Below are positions 29,931 to 44,719 of a stretch of 64,000 nucleotides of DNA, piece by piece. Under the pieces are notes generated by a model. The model saw only the letters and a program-made list of their open reading frames with translations. It made no database searches and had not been told where the DNA came from. Positions within the stretch are counted from its first letter, which is position 1. The number at the start of each line of letters is the position of its first letter. The DNA lies in the NCBI GenBank assembly GCA_964016885.1, contig OZ024741.1:261888001-261952000 (forward strand), in the 5' to 3' direction. This DNA is from Eledone cirrhosa (taxonomy: Eukaryota). Position numbers and translations under genes: made by a program.

Positions 29931-32900
29931 CTGTCAACACCATCCTCTACCTCACCGAGGAAGTCTACTTTGCCTCTGGTGACACCATCCTCTACCTCAC
30001 CGAAGAAGACTACCTTGCCTCTGTCAACACCTTCCTCTACCCCACCTAGGAAGTCTACCTTGCCTCTGTCAACACCATCCTCTACCCCACCGAGGAAGTC
30101 TACCTTGCCTCTGGTTAAACCATCCTCTACTCCAACGAGGAAGTCTACCTTGCCTCTGATGACACCATCCTCTACCCCACTGAGGAAGTCAACCTTGCCT
30201 CTGATGACACCATCCTCTACCCCACCGAGGAAGTCAACCTTGACTCTGTCAACACCATCCTCTACCCCACCGAGGAAGTCTACCTTGCCTCTGACATGAC
30301 CATCCTCTACCCCACCGAGGAAGTCTACCTTGCCTCTGGTTAAACCATCCTCTACCCCAACGAGGAAGTCTACCTTGCCTCTGTCAACACCATCCCCTAC
30401 CCCACTGAGGAAGTCAACCTTGCCTCTGATGACACCATCCTCTACCCCACCGAGGAAGTCAACCTTGCCTCTGTCAACACCATCCTCTACCCCACCGAGG
30501 AAGTCTACCTTGCCTCTGACATCACCATCCTCTACCCCACCGAGGAAGTCTACCTTGCCTCTGACATCACCATCCTCTACAACACCGAGGAAGTCTACCT
30601 TGCCTCTGACAACACCATCCTCTACCCCACCGAGGAAGTCTACCTTGCCTCTGTCAACACCATCCTCTACCCCACCGAGGAAGTCTACCTTGCCTCTGAC
30701 ATCACCATCCTCTACCCCACCGAGGAAGTCTACCTTGCCTCTCACATCACCATCCTCTACCCCACCGAGGAAGTCTACATGGCCTCTGACAACACCATCC
30801 TCTATCCCACCGAGGAAGTCTACCTTGCCTCTGGTGACACCATCCTCTACACCACCGAGGAAGTCTAACTTGCCTCTGTCAACACCATCCTCTACATCAC
30901 CGAGGAAGTCTACCTTGCCTCTGACAACACCATCCTCTACCCCACCGAGGAAGTCTACATTGCCTCTGACAACACCATCCTCTACCTCACCGAGGAAGTC
31001 TACCTTGCCTCTGTCAACACCATCCTCTACCCCACCGAGGAAGTCTAACTTGCCTCTGTCAACACCATCCTCTACCCCGCCGAGGAAGTCTACCTTGCCT
31101 CTGTCAACACCATCCTCTACCCTACCGAGGATATCTACCTTGCCTCTGACAACACCATCCTCTACCCCACCGAGGAAGCCTACCTTGCCTCTGTCAACAC
31201 CATCCTCTACCCCGCCAAGGAAGTCTACCTTGCCTCTGGTGAAAACATCCTCTACCCCACCGAGGAAGTCTACCTTGCCTCTGTCAACACCATCCTCTAC
31301 CCCGCCAAGGAAGTCTACCTTGCCTCTGGTGAAAACATCCTCTACCCCACCGAGGAAGCCTACCTTGCCTCTGACAACACCATACTCTACCCCACCGAGG
31401 AATTCTACCTTACCTCAGTCAACACCATCCTCTACCCCACCGAGGAAGTCTACATTGCCTCTGTCAACACCATCCTCTACCTCACCGAGGAAGTTTACCT
31501 TGCCTCTGTCAACACCATCCTCTACCTTACCGAAGAAGTTACCTTGCCTCTGTAAACACCATCTTCTACCCCACCGAGGAAGTTTACCTTGCCTCAATCA
31601 AAACCATCCTCTACCCCACCGAGGAAGTCTACCTTGCCTCTGTCAACACCATCCTCTACCCCACTGAGCAAGTCTACCTTGCCTCTGTAAACACCTACCT
31701 CTACCTAACCGAGGAAGTCTAACTTGCCTGTGATAACACCATCCTCTACCCAACCGAGGAAGCCTACCTTGCCTCTGTCAACACCATCCTCTACCTCACC
31801 GAGGAAGTCTACCTTGCCTCTGTCAAAACCATCCTCTACCACACCGAGGAAGTCTACCTTGCCTCTGTCAACACCATCCTCTACCCCACCGAGGAATTCT
31901 ACCTTGCCTCTGACAACACCATCCACTACCCCACCGAGGAAGTCTACTTTGCCTCTGTCAACACCATCCTCTACCCCACCGTCGAAATCTAGCTTGCCTC
32001 TGTTAACACCATCCTCTACCCCACTGAGGAAGTCAACCTTGCCTCTGTCAACACCATCCTCTACCCCACCGAGGAAGTCTACCTTGCCTCTGTCAACACC
32101 ATCCTCTACCCCACCGAGGAAGTCTACCTTGCCTCTGACATCACCATCCTCTACAACACCGAGGAAGTCTACCTTGCCTCTGACAACACCATCCTCTACC
32201 CCACCGAGGAAGTCTACCTTGCCTCTGACAACACCATCCACTACCCCACCGAGGAAGTCTACTTTGCCTCTGTCAACACCATCCTCTACCCCACCGAGGA
32301 AGTCTACCTTGCCTCTGTCAACACCATCCTCTACCCCACCGAGGAAGTCTACCTTGCCTCTGTCAACACCATCCTCTACCTCACCGAGGAAGTCTACTTT
32401 GCCTCTGGTGACACCATCCTCTACCTCACCGAAGAAGACTACCTTGCCTCTGTCAACACCTTCCTCTACCCCACCTAGGAAGTCTACCTTGCCTCTGTCA
32501 ACACCATCCTCTACCCCACCGAGGAAGTCTACCTTGCCTCTGACAACACCATACTCTACCCCACCGAGGAAGTCTACATTGCCTCTGTCAACACCATCCT
32601 CTACCCCACCGAGGAAGTCTACCTTGCCTCTGTCAACACCATCCTCTACCTCACCGAGGAAGTCTACCTTGCCTCTGACAACACCATCCTCTACCCCACC
32701 GAGGAAGTCTACCTTGCCTCTGTCAAAACCATCCTCTACCCCACCGAGGAAGTCTACCTTGCCTCTGTCAACACGATCCTCTACCCCACCGAGGAAGTCT
32801 ACCTTGCCTCTGTCAGCACCATCCTCTACCCCACCGAGGAAGTCTACCTTGCCTCTGTCAACACCATCCTCTACCCCACCGAGGAAGTCTACCTTGCCTC

Positions 32901-35900
32901 TGACAACACCATACTCTACCTCACCTAGGAAGTCTACCTTGCCTCTGACATCACCATCTTCTACCCCACCGAGGAAGTCTACCTTGCCTCTGTCACCACC
33001 ATCCTCTACCTCACCGAGGAAGTGTACGTTGCCTCTGACATCACCATCCTCTACGCCACCGAGGAAGTCTACCTTGCCTCTGACAACACCATACTCTACC
33101 TCACCGAGGAAGTCTACCTTGCCTCTGACGTCACCATCCTCTACCCCACCGAGGAAGTCTACCTTGCCTCTGTCAACACCATCCTCTACCTCACCGAGGA
33201 AGTCTACCTAGCCTCTGACAACACCATCCTCTACCCGACCGAGGAAGTCTACCTTGCCTCTGACAACACCATACTCTACCCCGCCGAGGAATTCTACCTT
33301 GCCTCAGTCAAAACCATCCTCTTACCCACCGAGGAAGTCAACCTTGCCTCTGTCAACACCATCCTCTACTCCACCGAGGAAGTCTACCTTGCCTCTGACA
33401 TCACCATCCTCTACCCCACCGAGGAAGTCTACCTTGCCTCTGGTTAAACCATCCTCTACCCCAACGAGGAAGTCTACCTTGCCTCTGTCAACACCATCCT
33501 CTACCTCACCGAGGAAGTCTACCTTGCCTCTGACATCACCATCCTCTACCACACCGAGGAAGTCTACCTTGCCTCTGTCAACACCATCCTCTACCCCACC
33601 GAGGAAGTCTACCTTGCCTCTGACAACACCATCCACTACCCCACCGAGGAAGTCTACTTTGCCTCTGTCAACACCATCCTCTACCCCACCGAGGAAGTCT
33701 ACCTTGCCTCTGTCAACACCATCCTCTACCTCACCGAGGAAGTCTACTTTGCCTCTGGTGACACCATCCTCTACCTCACCGAAGAAGACTACCTTGCCTC
33801 TGTCAACACCTTCCTCTACCCCACCTAGGAAGTCTACCTTGCCTCTGTCAACACCATCCTCTACCCCACCGAGGAAGTCTACCTTGCCTCTGGTTAAACC
33901 ATCCTCTACCCCAACGAGGAAGTCTACCTTGCCTCTGATGACACCATCCTCTACCCCACTGAGGAAGTCAACCTTGCCTCTGATGACACCATCCTCTACC
34001 CCACCGAGGAAGTCAACCTTGCCTCTGACATCACCATCCTCTACCCCACCGAGGAAGTCTACCTTGCCTCTGGTTAAACCATCCTCTACCCCAACGAGGA
34101 AGTCTACCTTGTCTCTGTCAACACCATCCTCTACCCCACTGAGGAAGTCAACCTTGCCTCTGATGACACCATCCTCTACCCCACCGAGGAAGTCAACCTT
34201 GCCTCTGTCAACACCATCCTCTACCCCACCGAGGAAGTCTACCTTGCCTCTGACATCACCATCCTCTACCCCACCGAGGAAGTCTACCTTGCCTCTGACA
34301 TCACCATCCTCTACAACACCGAGGAAGTCTACCTTGCCTCTGACAACACCATCCTCTGCCCCACCGAGGAAGTCTACCTTGCCTCTGTCAACACCATCCT
34401 CTATCCCACCGAGGAAGTCTACCTTGCCTCTGACATCACCATCCTCTACCCCACCGAGGAAGTCTACCTTGCCTCTCACATCACCATCCTCTACCCCACC
34501 GAGGAAGTCTACCTTGCCTCTGACAACACCATCCTCTACCCCACTGAGGAAGTCTACCTTGCCTCTGTCAACACCATCCTCTATCCCACCGAGGAAGTCA
34601 ACCTTGCCTCTGGTGACACGATCCTCTACCTCACCGAGGAAGACTAAATTGCCTGTGACAACACCATCCTCTACCCCACCGAGGAAGTCTACCTAGCCTC
34701 TGACAACACCATCCTCTATCCCACCGAGGAAGTCTACCTTGCCTCTAGTGACACCATCCTCTACACCACCGAGGAAGTCTAACTTGCCTCTGTCAACACC
34801 ATCCTCTACATCACCGAGGAAGTCTACCTTGCCTCTGACAACACCATCCTCTACCCCACCGAGGAAGTCTACCTTGCCTCTGACAACACCATGCTCTACC
34901 TCACCGAGGAAGTCTACCTTGCCTCAGTCAACACCATCCTCTACCCCACCGAGGAAGTCTACATTGCCTCTGACAACACCATCCTCTACCTCACCGAGGA
35001 AGTCTACCTTGCCTCTGTCAACACCATCCTCTACCCCACCGAGGAAGTCTAACTTGCCTCTGTCAACACCATCCTCTACCCCGCCGAGGAAGTCTACCTT
35101 GCCTCTGTCAACACCATCCTCTACCCTACCGAGGATATCTACCTTGCCTCTGACAACACCATCCTCTACCCCACCGAGGAAGCCTACCTTGCCTCTGTCA
35201 ACACCATCCTCTACCCCGCCAAGGAAGTCTACCTTGCCTCTGGTGAAAACATCCTCTACCCCACCGAGGAAGTCTACCTTGCCTCTGTCAACACCATCCT
35301 CTACCCCGCCAAGGAAGTCTACCTTGCCTCTGGTGAAAACATCCTCTACCCCACCGAGGAAGCCTACCTTGCCTCTGACAACACCATACTCTACCCCACC
35401 GAGGAATTCTACCTTGCCTCAGTCAACACCATCCTCTACCCCACCGAGGAAGTCTACATTGCCTCTGTCAACACCATCCTCTACCTCACCGAGGAAGTTT
35501 ACCTTGCCTCTGTCAACACCATCCTCTAACTTACCGAAGAAGTTACCTTGCCTCTGTCAACACCATCTTCTACCCCACCGAGGAAGTTTACCTTGCCTCA
35601 ATCAAAACCATCCTCTACCCCACCGAGGAAGTCTACCTTGCCTCTGACAACACCATTCTCGACCTCACCGAGGAAGTCTACCTTGCCTCTGACAACACCA
35701 TCCTGTACCTCACCGAGGAAGTCTACCTTGCCTCTGTCAACACCATCCTCTACCCCACCGAGCAAGTCTACCTTGCCTCTGTAAACACCTACCTCTACCT
35801 AACCGAGGAAGTCTAACTTGCCTGTGATAACACCATCCTCTACCCAACCGAGGAAGCCTACCTTGCCTCTGTCAACACCATCCTCTACCTCACCGAGGAA

Positions 35901-38900
35901 GTCTACCTTGCCTCTGTCAAAACCATCATCTACCACACTTAGGAAGTCTACCTTGCCTCTGTCAACACCATCCTCTACCCCACCGAGGAAGTCTACCTTG
36001 CCTCTGACAACACCATCCACTACCCCACCGAGGAAGTCTACTTTGCCTCTGTCAACACCATCCTCTACCCCACCGTGGAAATCTAGCTTGCCTCTGTTAA
36101 CACCATCCTCTACCCCACTGAGGAAGTCAACCTTGCCTCTGATGACACCATCCTCTACCCCACGAGGAAGTCAACCTTGCCTCTGTCAACACCATCCTCT
36201 ACCCCACCGAGGAAGTCTACCTTGCCTCTGTCAACACCATCCTCTACCCCACCGAGGAAGTCTACCTTGCCTCTGACATCACCATCCTCTACAACACCGA
36301 GGAAGTCTACCTTGCCTCTGACAACACCATCCTCTACCCCACCGAGGAAGTCTACCTTGCCTCTGACAACACCATCCACTACCCCACCGAGGAAGTCTAC
36401 TTTGCCTCTGTCAACACCATCCTCTACCCCACCGAGGAAGTCTACCTTGCCTCTGTCAACACCATCCTCTACCCAACCGAGGAAGCCTACCTTGCCTCTG
36501 TCAACACCATCCTCTACCTCACCGAGGAAGTCTACCTTGCCTCTGTCAAAACCATCCTCTACCACACCGAGGAAGTCTACCTTGCCTCTGTCAACACCAT
36601 CCTCTACCCCACCGAGGAAGTCAACCTTGCCTCTGTCAACACCATCCTCTACCCCACCGAGGAAGTCTACCTTGCCTCTGACATCACCATCCTCTACCCC
36701 ACCGAGGAAGTCTACCTTGCCTCTGGTTAAACCATCCTCTACCCCAACGAGGAAGTCTACCTTGCCTCTGTCAACACCATCCTCTACCCCACTGAGGAAG
36801 TCAACCTTGCCTCTGATGACACCATCTTCTACCCCACCGAGGAAGTCAACCTTGCCTCTGTCAACACCATCCTCTACCCCACCGAGGAAGTCTACCTTGC
36901 CTCTGACATCACCATCCTCTACCCCACCGAGGAAGTCTACCTTGCCTCTGACATCACCATCCTCTACAACACCGAGGAAGTCTACCTTGCCTCTGACAAC
37001 ACCATCCTCTACCCCACCGAGGAAGTCTACCTTGCCTCTGTCAACACCATCCTCTACCCCACCGAGGAAGTCTACCTTGCCTCTGACATCACCATCCTCT
37101 ACCCCACCGAGGAAGTCTACCTTGCCTCTCACATCACCATCCTCTACAACACCGAGGAAGTCTACCTTGCCTCTGACAACACCATCCTCTACCCCACCGA
37201 GGAAGTCAACCTTGCCTCTGACATCACCATCCTCTACCCCACCGAGGAAGTCTACCTTGCCGCTGACATCACCATCCTCTACCCCACCGAGGAAGTCTAC
37301 CTTGCCTCTGACATCAACATCCTCTACCCCACCGAGGAAGTCTACCTTGCCTCTGAGAACACCATCCTCTACCCCACTGAGGAAGTCTACCTTGCCTCTG
37401 GTGACACCATCCTCTACCCCACCGAGGAAGTCTACATTGCCTCTGTCAACACCATCCTCTATCCCGCGCAGGAAGTCTACCTTGCCTCTGTCAACACCAT
37501 CCTCTACCCTACCGAGGATATCTACCTTGCCTCTGACAACACCATCCTCTACCCCACCGAGGAAGCCTACCTTGCCTCTGTCAACACCATCCTCTACCCC
37601 GCCAAGGAAGTCTACCTTGCCTCTGACAACACCATCCTCTATCCCACCGAGGAAGTCTACTTTGCCTCTGGTGACACCATCCTCTACACCACCGAGGAAG
37701 TCTAACTTGCCTCTGTCAACACCATCCTCTACCTCACCGAGGAAGTCTACCTTGCCTCTGACAACACCATCCTCTACCCCACCGAGGAAGTCTACCTAGC
37801 CTCTGACAACACCATCCTCTATCCCACCGAGGAAGTCTACTTTGCCTCTGGTGACACCATCCTCTACACCACCGAGGAAGTCTAACTTGCCTCTGTCAAC
37901 ACCATCCTCTACCTCACCGAGGAAGTCTACCTTGCCTCTGACAACACCATCCTCTACCCCACCGAGGAAGTCTACCTTGCCTCTGACAACACCATACTCT
38001 ACCTCACCGAGGAAGTCTACCTTGCCTCAGTCAACACCATCCTCTACCCCACCGAGGAAGTCTACATTGCCTCTGACAACACCATCCTCTACCCCACCGA
38101 GGAAGTCTACATTGCCTCTGTCAACACCATCCTCTACCCCACCGAGGAAGTCTACATTGCCTCTGTCAACACCATCCTCTATCCCGCGCAGGAAGTCTAC
38201 CTTGCCTCTGTCAACACCATCCTCTACCCTACCGAGGATATCTACCTTGCCTCTGACAACACCATCCTCTACCCCACCGAGGAAGCCTACCTTGCCTCTG
38301 TCAACACCATCCTCTACCCCGCCAAGGAAGTCTACCTTGCCTCTGGTGAAAACATCCTCTACCCCACCGAGGAAGTCTACCTTGCCTCTGTAACACCATC
38401 CTCTACCCCGCCAAGGAAGTCTACCTTGCCTGTGGTGAAAACATCCTCTACCCCACCGAGGAAGCCTACCTTGCCTCTGACAACACCATACTCTACCCCG
38501 CCGAGGAAGTCTACCTTGCCTCTGACAACACCATCCTCTACCCCACCGAGGAATTCTACCTTGCCTCAGTCAACACCATCCTCTACCCCACCGAGGAAGT
38601 CTACATTGCCTCTGTCAACACCATCCTCTACCTCACCGAGGAAGTTTACCTTGCCTCTGTCAACACCATCCTCTACCTTACCGAGGAAGTCTACCTTGCC
38701 TCTGTAAACACCTACCTCTACCTAACCGAGGAAGTCTAAGTTGCCTGTGATAACACCATCCTCTACCCAACCGAGGAAGCCTACCTTGCCTCTGTCAACA
38801 CCATCCTCTACCTCACCGAGGAAGTCTACCTTGCCTCTGTCAAAACCATCCTCTACCACACCGAGGAAGTCTACCTTGCCTCTGTCAACACCATCCTCTA

Positions 38901-41900
38901 CCCCACCGAGGAAGTCTACCTTGCCTCTGACAACACCATCCACTACCCCACCGAGGAAGTCTACTTTGTCTCTGTCAACACCATCCTCTACCCCACCGTG
39001 GAAATCTAGCTTTGCCTCTGTTAACACCATCCTCTACCCCACTGAGGAAGTCAACCTTACCTCTGATGACACCATCCTCTACCCCATGAGGAAGTCAACC
39101 TTGCCTCTGTCAACACCATCCTCTACCCCACCGAGGAAGTCTACCTTGCCTCTGACATCACCATCCTCTACCCCACCGAGGAAGTCTACCTTGCCTCTGA
39201 CATCACCATCCTCTACAACACCGAGGAAGTCTACCTTGCCTCTGACAACACCATCCTCTACCCCACCGAGGAAGTCTACCTTGCCTCTGTCAACACCATC
39301 CTCTACCCCACCGAGGAAGTCTATCTTGCCTCTGACATCACCATCCTCTACCCCACCGAGGAAGTCTACCTTGCCTCTGACATCACCATCCTCTACCCCA
39401 CCGAGGAAGTCTACCTTGCCTCTGACAACACCATCCTCTACCCCAGAGGAAGTCTACATTGCCTCTGGTGACACGATCCTCTACCTCACCGAGGAAGACT
39501 AAATTGCCTGTGACAACACCATCCTATACCCCACCGAGGAAGTCTACCTGGCCTCTGACAACACCATCCTCTATCCCACCGAGGAAGTCTACCTTGCCTC
39601 TGGTGACACCATTCTCTACACCACCGAGGAAGTCTAACTTGCCTCTGTCAACACCATCCTCTACCCCACCGAGGAAGTCTACCTTGCCTCTGACAACACC
39701 ATCCTCTACCCCACCGAGGAAGTCTACCTTGCCTGAGTTAACACCATCCTCTACCCCACCGAGGAAGTCTACCTTGCCTCTGACAACACCATACTCTACC
39801 TCAACGAGGAAGTCTACCTTGCCTCAGTCAACACCATCCTCTACCCCAACGAGGAAGTCTACCTTGCCTCTGACAACACCATCCTCTACCCCACCGAGGA
39901 AGTCTACCTTGCCTCAGTCAACACCATCCTCTACCCCACCGAGGAAGTCTACCTTGCCTCTGACAACACCATACTCTACCTCACCGAGGAAGTCTACCTT
40001 GCCTCAGTCAACACCATCCTCTACCCCACCGAGGAAGTCTACATTGCCTCTGACAACACCATCCTCTTCCTCACCGAAGAAGTCTACCTTGCCTCTGTCA
40101 ACACCATCCTCTACCCCACCGAGGAAGTCTAACTTGCCTCTGTCAACACCATCCTCGACCCTGCCGAGGAAGTCTACCTTGCCTCTGTCAACACCATCCT
40201 CTACCCCACCGAGGAAGTCTACCTTGCCTCTGTCAACACCATCCTCTACCCTACCGAGGATATCTACCTTGCCTCTGACAACACCATACTCTACCCCACC
40301 GAGGAAGCCTACGTTGCCTCTGTCAACACCATCCTCTACCCCGCCAAGGAAGTCTACCTTGCCTCTGGTGAAAACATCCTCTACCCCACCGAGGAAGTCT
40401 ACCTTGCCTCTGTCAACACCATCCTCTACCCCGCCAAGGAAGTCTACCTTGCCTCTGGTGAAAACATCCTCTACCCCACCGAGGAAGCGTACCTTGCCTC
40501 TGACAACACCATACTCTACACCGCCGAGGAAGTCTACCTTGCCTCTGACAACACCATCCTCTACCCCACCGAGGAATTCTACCTTGCCTCAGTCAACACC
40601 ATCCTCTACTCCACCGAGGAAGTCTACCTTGCCTCTGACAACACCATCCTCTACCCCACCGAGGAAGTCTACCTTGCCTCTGTCAACACAATCTTCTACC
40701 ACACCGAGGAAGTCTACCTTGCCTCTGACAACACCATCCTCTACCTTACCGAAGAAGTTACCTTGCCTCTGTCAACACCATCCTCTACCTCACCGAGGAA
40801 GTCTAGCTTGCCTCTGTCAACACCATCCTCTACCTCACCGAGGAAGTCTACTTTGCCTCTGGTGACACCATCCTCTACCCTGCCGAGGAAGTCTACCTTG
40901 CCTCTGGTGAAAACATCCTCTACCACACCGAGGAAGTCTACCTTGCCTCTGACAACACCATTCTCGACCTCACCGAGGAAGTCTACCTTGCCTCTGACAA
41001 CACCATCCTGTACCTCAACGAGGAAGTCTACCTTGCCTCTGTCAACACCATCCTCTACCCCACTGAGCAAGTCTACCTTGCCTCTGTAAACACCTACCTC
41101 TACCTAACCGAGGAAGTCTAACTTGCCTGTGATAACACCATCCTCTACCCAACCGAGGAAGCCTACCTTGCCTCTGTCAACACCATCCTCTACCTCACCG
41201 AGGAAGTCTACCTTGCCTCTGTCAAAACCATCCTCTACCACACCGAGGAAGTCTACCTTGCCTCTGTCAACACCATCCTCTACCCCACCGAGGAAGTCTA
41301 CCTTGCCTCTGACAACACCATCCACTACCCCACCGAGGAAGTCTACTTTGCCTCTGTCAACACCATCCTCTACCCCACCGTGGAAATCTAGCTTGCCTCT
41401 GTTAACACCATCCTCTACCCCACTGAGGAAGTCAACCTTGCCTCTGATGACACCATCCTCTACCCCACGAGGAAGTCAACCTTGCCTCTGTCAACACCAT
41501 CCTCTACCCCACCGAGGAAGTCTACCTTGCCTCTGACATCACCATCCTCTACAACACCGAGGAAGTCTACCTTGCCTCTGACAACACCATCCTCTACCCC
41601 ACCGAGGAAGTCTACCTTGCCTCTGTCAACACCATCCTCCACCCCACCGAGGAAGTCTACCTTGCCTCTGACAACACCATACTCTACCCCACCGAGGAAG
41701 TCTACCTTGCCTCTGTCAACACCATCCTCTACCCCACCGAGGAAGTCTACCTTGCCTCTGTCAACACCATCCTCTACCTCACCGAGGAAGTCTACCTTGC
41801 CTCTGACAACACCATCCTCTACACCACCGAGGAAGTCTACCTTGCCTCTGTCAACACCATCCTCTACCCCACCGAGGAAGTCTACCTTGCCTCTGTCAAC

Positions 41901-44719
41901 ACCATCCTCTACCCCACCGAGGAAGTCTACCTTGCCTCTGTCAACACCATCCTCTACCTCACCGAGGAAGTCTACCTAGCCTCTGACAACACCATCCTCT
42001 ACCCCACCGAGGAAGTCTACCTTGCCTCTGACAACACCATACTCTACCTCACCGAGGAAGTCTACCTTGCCTCTGACATCACCATCTTCTACCCCACCGA
42101 GGAAGTCTACCTTGCCTCTGTCAACACCATCCTCTACCTCACCGAGGAAGTCTACCTTGCCTCTGACATCACCATCCTCTACCCCACCGAGGAAGTCTAC
42201 CTTGCCTCTGACAACACCATACTCTACCTCACCGAGGAAGTCTAGCTTGCCTCTGACATCACCATCCTCTACCCCACCGAGGAAGTCTACCTTGCCTCTG
42301 TCAACACCATCCTCTACCTCACCGAGGAAGTCTACCTAGCCTCTGACAACACCATCCTCTACCCCACCGAGGAAGTCTACCTTGCCTCTGACAACACCAT
42401 ACTCTACCCCGCCGAGGAATTCTACCTTGCCTCAGTCAACACCATCCTCTTCCCCACCGAGGAAGTCAACCTAGCCTCTGTCAACACCATCCTCTACCCC
42501 AATGAGGAAGTCTACCTTGCCTCTGACATCACCATCCTCTACCCCACCGAGGAAGTCTACCTTGCCTCTGGTTAAACCATCCTCTACCCCAACGAGGAAG
42601 TCTACCTTGCCTCTGTCAACACCATCCTCTACCCCACTGAGGAAGTCAACCTTGCCTCTGATGACACCATCCTCTACCCCACCGAGGAAGTCAACCTTGC
42701 CTCTGTCAACACCATCCTCTACCCCACCGAGGAAGTCTACCTTGCCTCTGACATCACCATCCTCTACAACACTGAGGAAGTCTACCTTGCCTCTGACAAC
42801 ACCATCCTCTACCCCACCGAGGAAGTCTACCTTGCCTATGTCAACACCATCCTCTACCCCACCGAGGAAGTCTACCTTGCCTCTGACATCACCATCCTCT
42901 AGCCCAACGAGGAAGTATACCTTGCCTCTGACATCACCATCCTCTACCCCACCGAGGAAGTCTACCTTGCCTCTGACAACACCATCCTCTACCCCACTGA
43001 GGAAGTCTACCTTGCCTCTGTCAACACCATCCTCTACCTCACCGAGGAAGTCTACCTAGCCTCTGACAACACCATCCTCTACCCCACCGAGGAAGTCTAC
43101 CTTGCCTCTGACAACACCATACTCTACCCCGCCGAGGAATTCTACCTTGCCTCTGGTTAAACCATCCTCTACCCCACCGAGGAAGTCTACCTTGCCTCTG
43201 ACATCACCATCCTCTACAACACTGAGGAAGTCTACCTTGCCTCTGACAACACCATCCTCTACCCCACCGAGGAAGTCTACCTTGCCTCTGTCAACACCAT
43301 CCTCTACCCCACCGAGGAAGTCTACCTTGCCTCTGACATCACCATCCTCTAGCCCAACGAGGAAGTATACCTTGCCTCTAACATCACCATCCTCTACCCC
43401 ACCGAGGAAGTCTACCTTGCCTCTGACAACACCATCCTCTACCCCACTGAGGAAGTCTACCTTGCCTCTGGTGACACGATCCTCTACCTCACCGAGGAAG
43501 ACTAAATTGCCTGTGACAACACCATCCTCTACCCCACCGAGGAAGTCTACATTGCCTCTGACATCACCATCCTCTACCCCACCGAGGAAGTCTACCTTGC
43601 CTCTAGTTAAACCATCCTCTACCCCAACGAGGAAGTCTACCTTGCCTCTGTCAACACCATCCTCTACCCCACCGAGGAAGTCTACCTTGCCTCTGACATC
43701 ACCATCCTCTACCCCACCGAGGAAGTCTACCTGGCCTCTGACAACACCATCCTCTATCCCACCGAGGAAGTCTACCTTGCCCCTGGTGACACCATCCTCT
43801 ACACCACAGAGGAAGTCTAACTTGCCTCTGTCAACACCATCCTCTACATCACCGAGGAAGTCTACCTTGCCTCTGACAACACCATCCTCTACCCCACCGA
43901 GGAAGTCTACCTTGCCTCTGACAACACCATACTCTACCTCACCGAGGAAGTCTACCTTGCCTCAGTCAACACCATCCTCTACCCCACCGAGGAAGTCTAC
44001 ATTGCCTCTGACAACACCATCTTCTACCTCACCGAGGAAGTCTACCTTGCCTCTGTCAACACCATCCTCTACCCCACCGAGGAAGTCTAACTTGCCTCTG
44101 TCAACACCATCCTCTACCCCGCCGAGGAAGTCTACCTTGCCTCTGTCAACACCATACTCTACCCTACCGAGCATATCTACCTTGCCTCTGACAACACCAT
44201 CCTCTACCCCACCGAGGAAGCCTACCTTGCCTCTCTCAACACCATCCTCTACCCCGCCAAGGAAGTCTACATTGCCCCTGGTGAAAACATCCTCTACCCC
44301 ACCGAGGAAGTCTACCTTGCCTCTGTCAACACCATCCTCTACCCCGCCAAGGAAGTCTACCTTGCCTCTGGTGACACCATCCTCTACCCCACCGTGGAAG
44401 TCAACCTTGCCTCTGTCAACACCATCCTCTACTCCACCGAGGAAGTCTACCTTGCCTCTGGTTAAACCATCCTCTACCCCAACGAGGAAGTCTAACTTGC
44501 TTCTGACAACACCATCCTTTACCCCAGAAGGAAGTCTGCTTTGCCTCTATTGACACCATCCTCTACCCCACCTAGGAAGTCTACCTTGCCTCTGACATCA
44601 CCAACCTCTACCCCACCGAGGAAGTCTACCTTGCCTCTGACATCACCATCCTCTACCCCACCGAAGAAGTCTACCTTGCCTCTGACAACACCATCCTCTA
44701 CCCCACCGAAGAAGTCTAC

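Noticed and set aside
1060-39450. Isolated single-copy indels (~1065, 1765, 7921, 9984, 10121, 27622, 39011, 39445) as programmed frameshift or phase-variation sites
   Set aside because: They are sporadic and several lie in short homopolymers, so they cannot be told apart from consensus errors or neutral slippage. No gene context exists.
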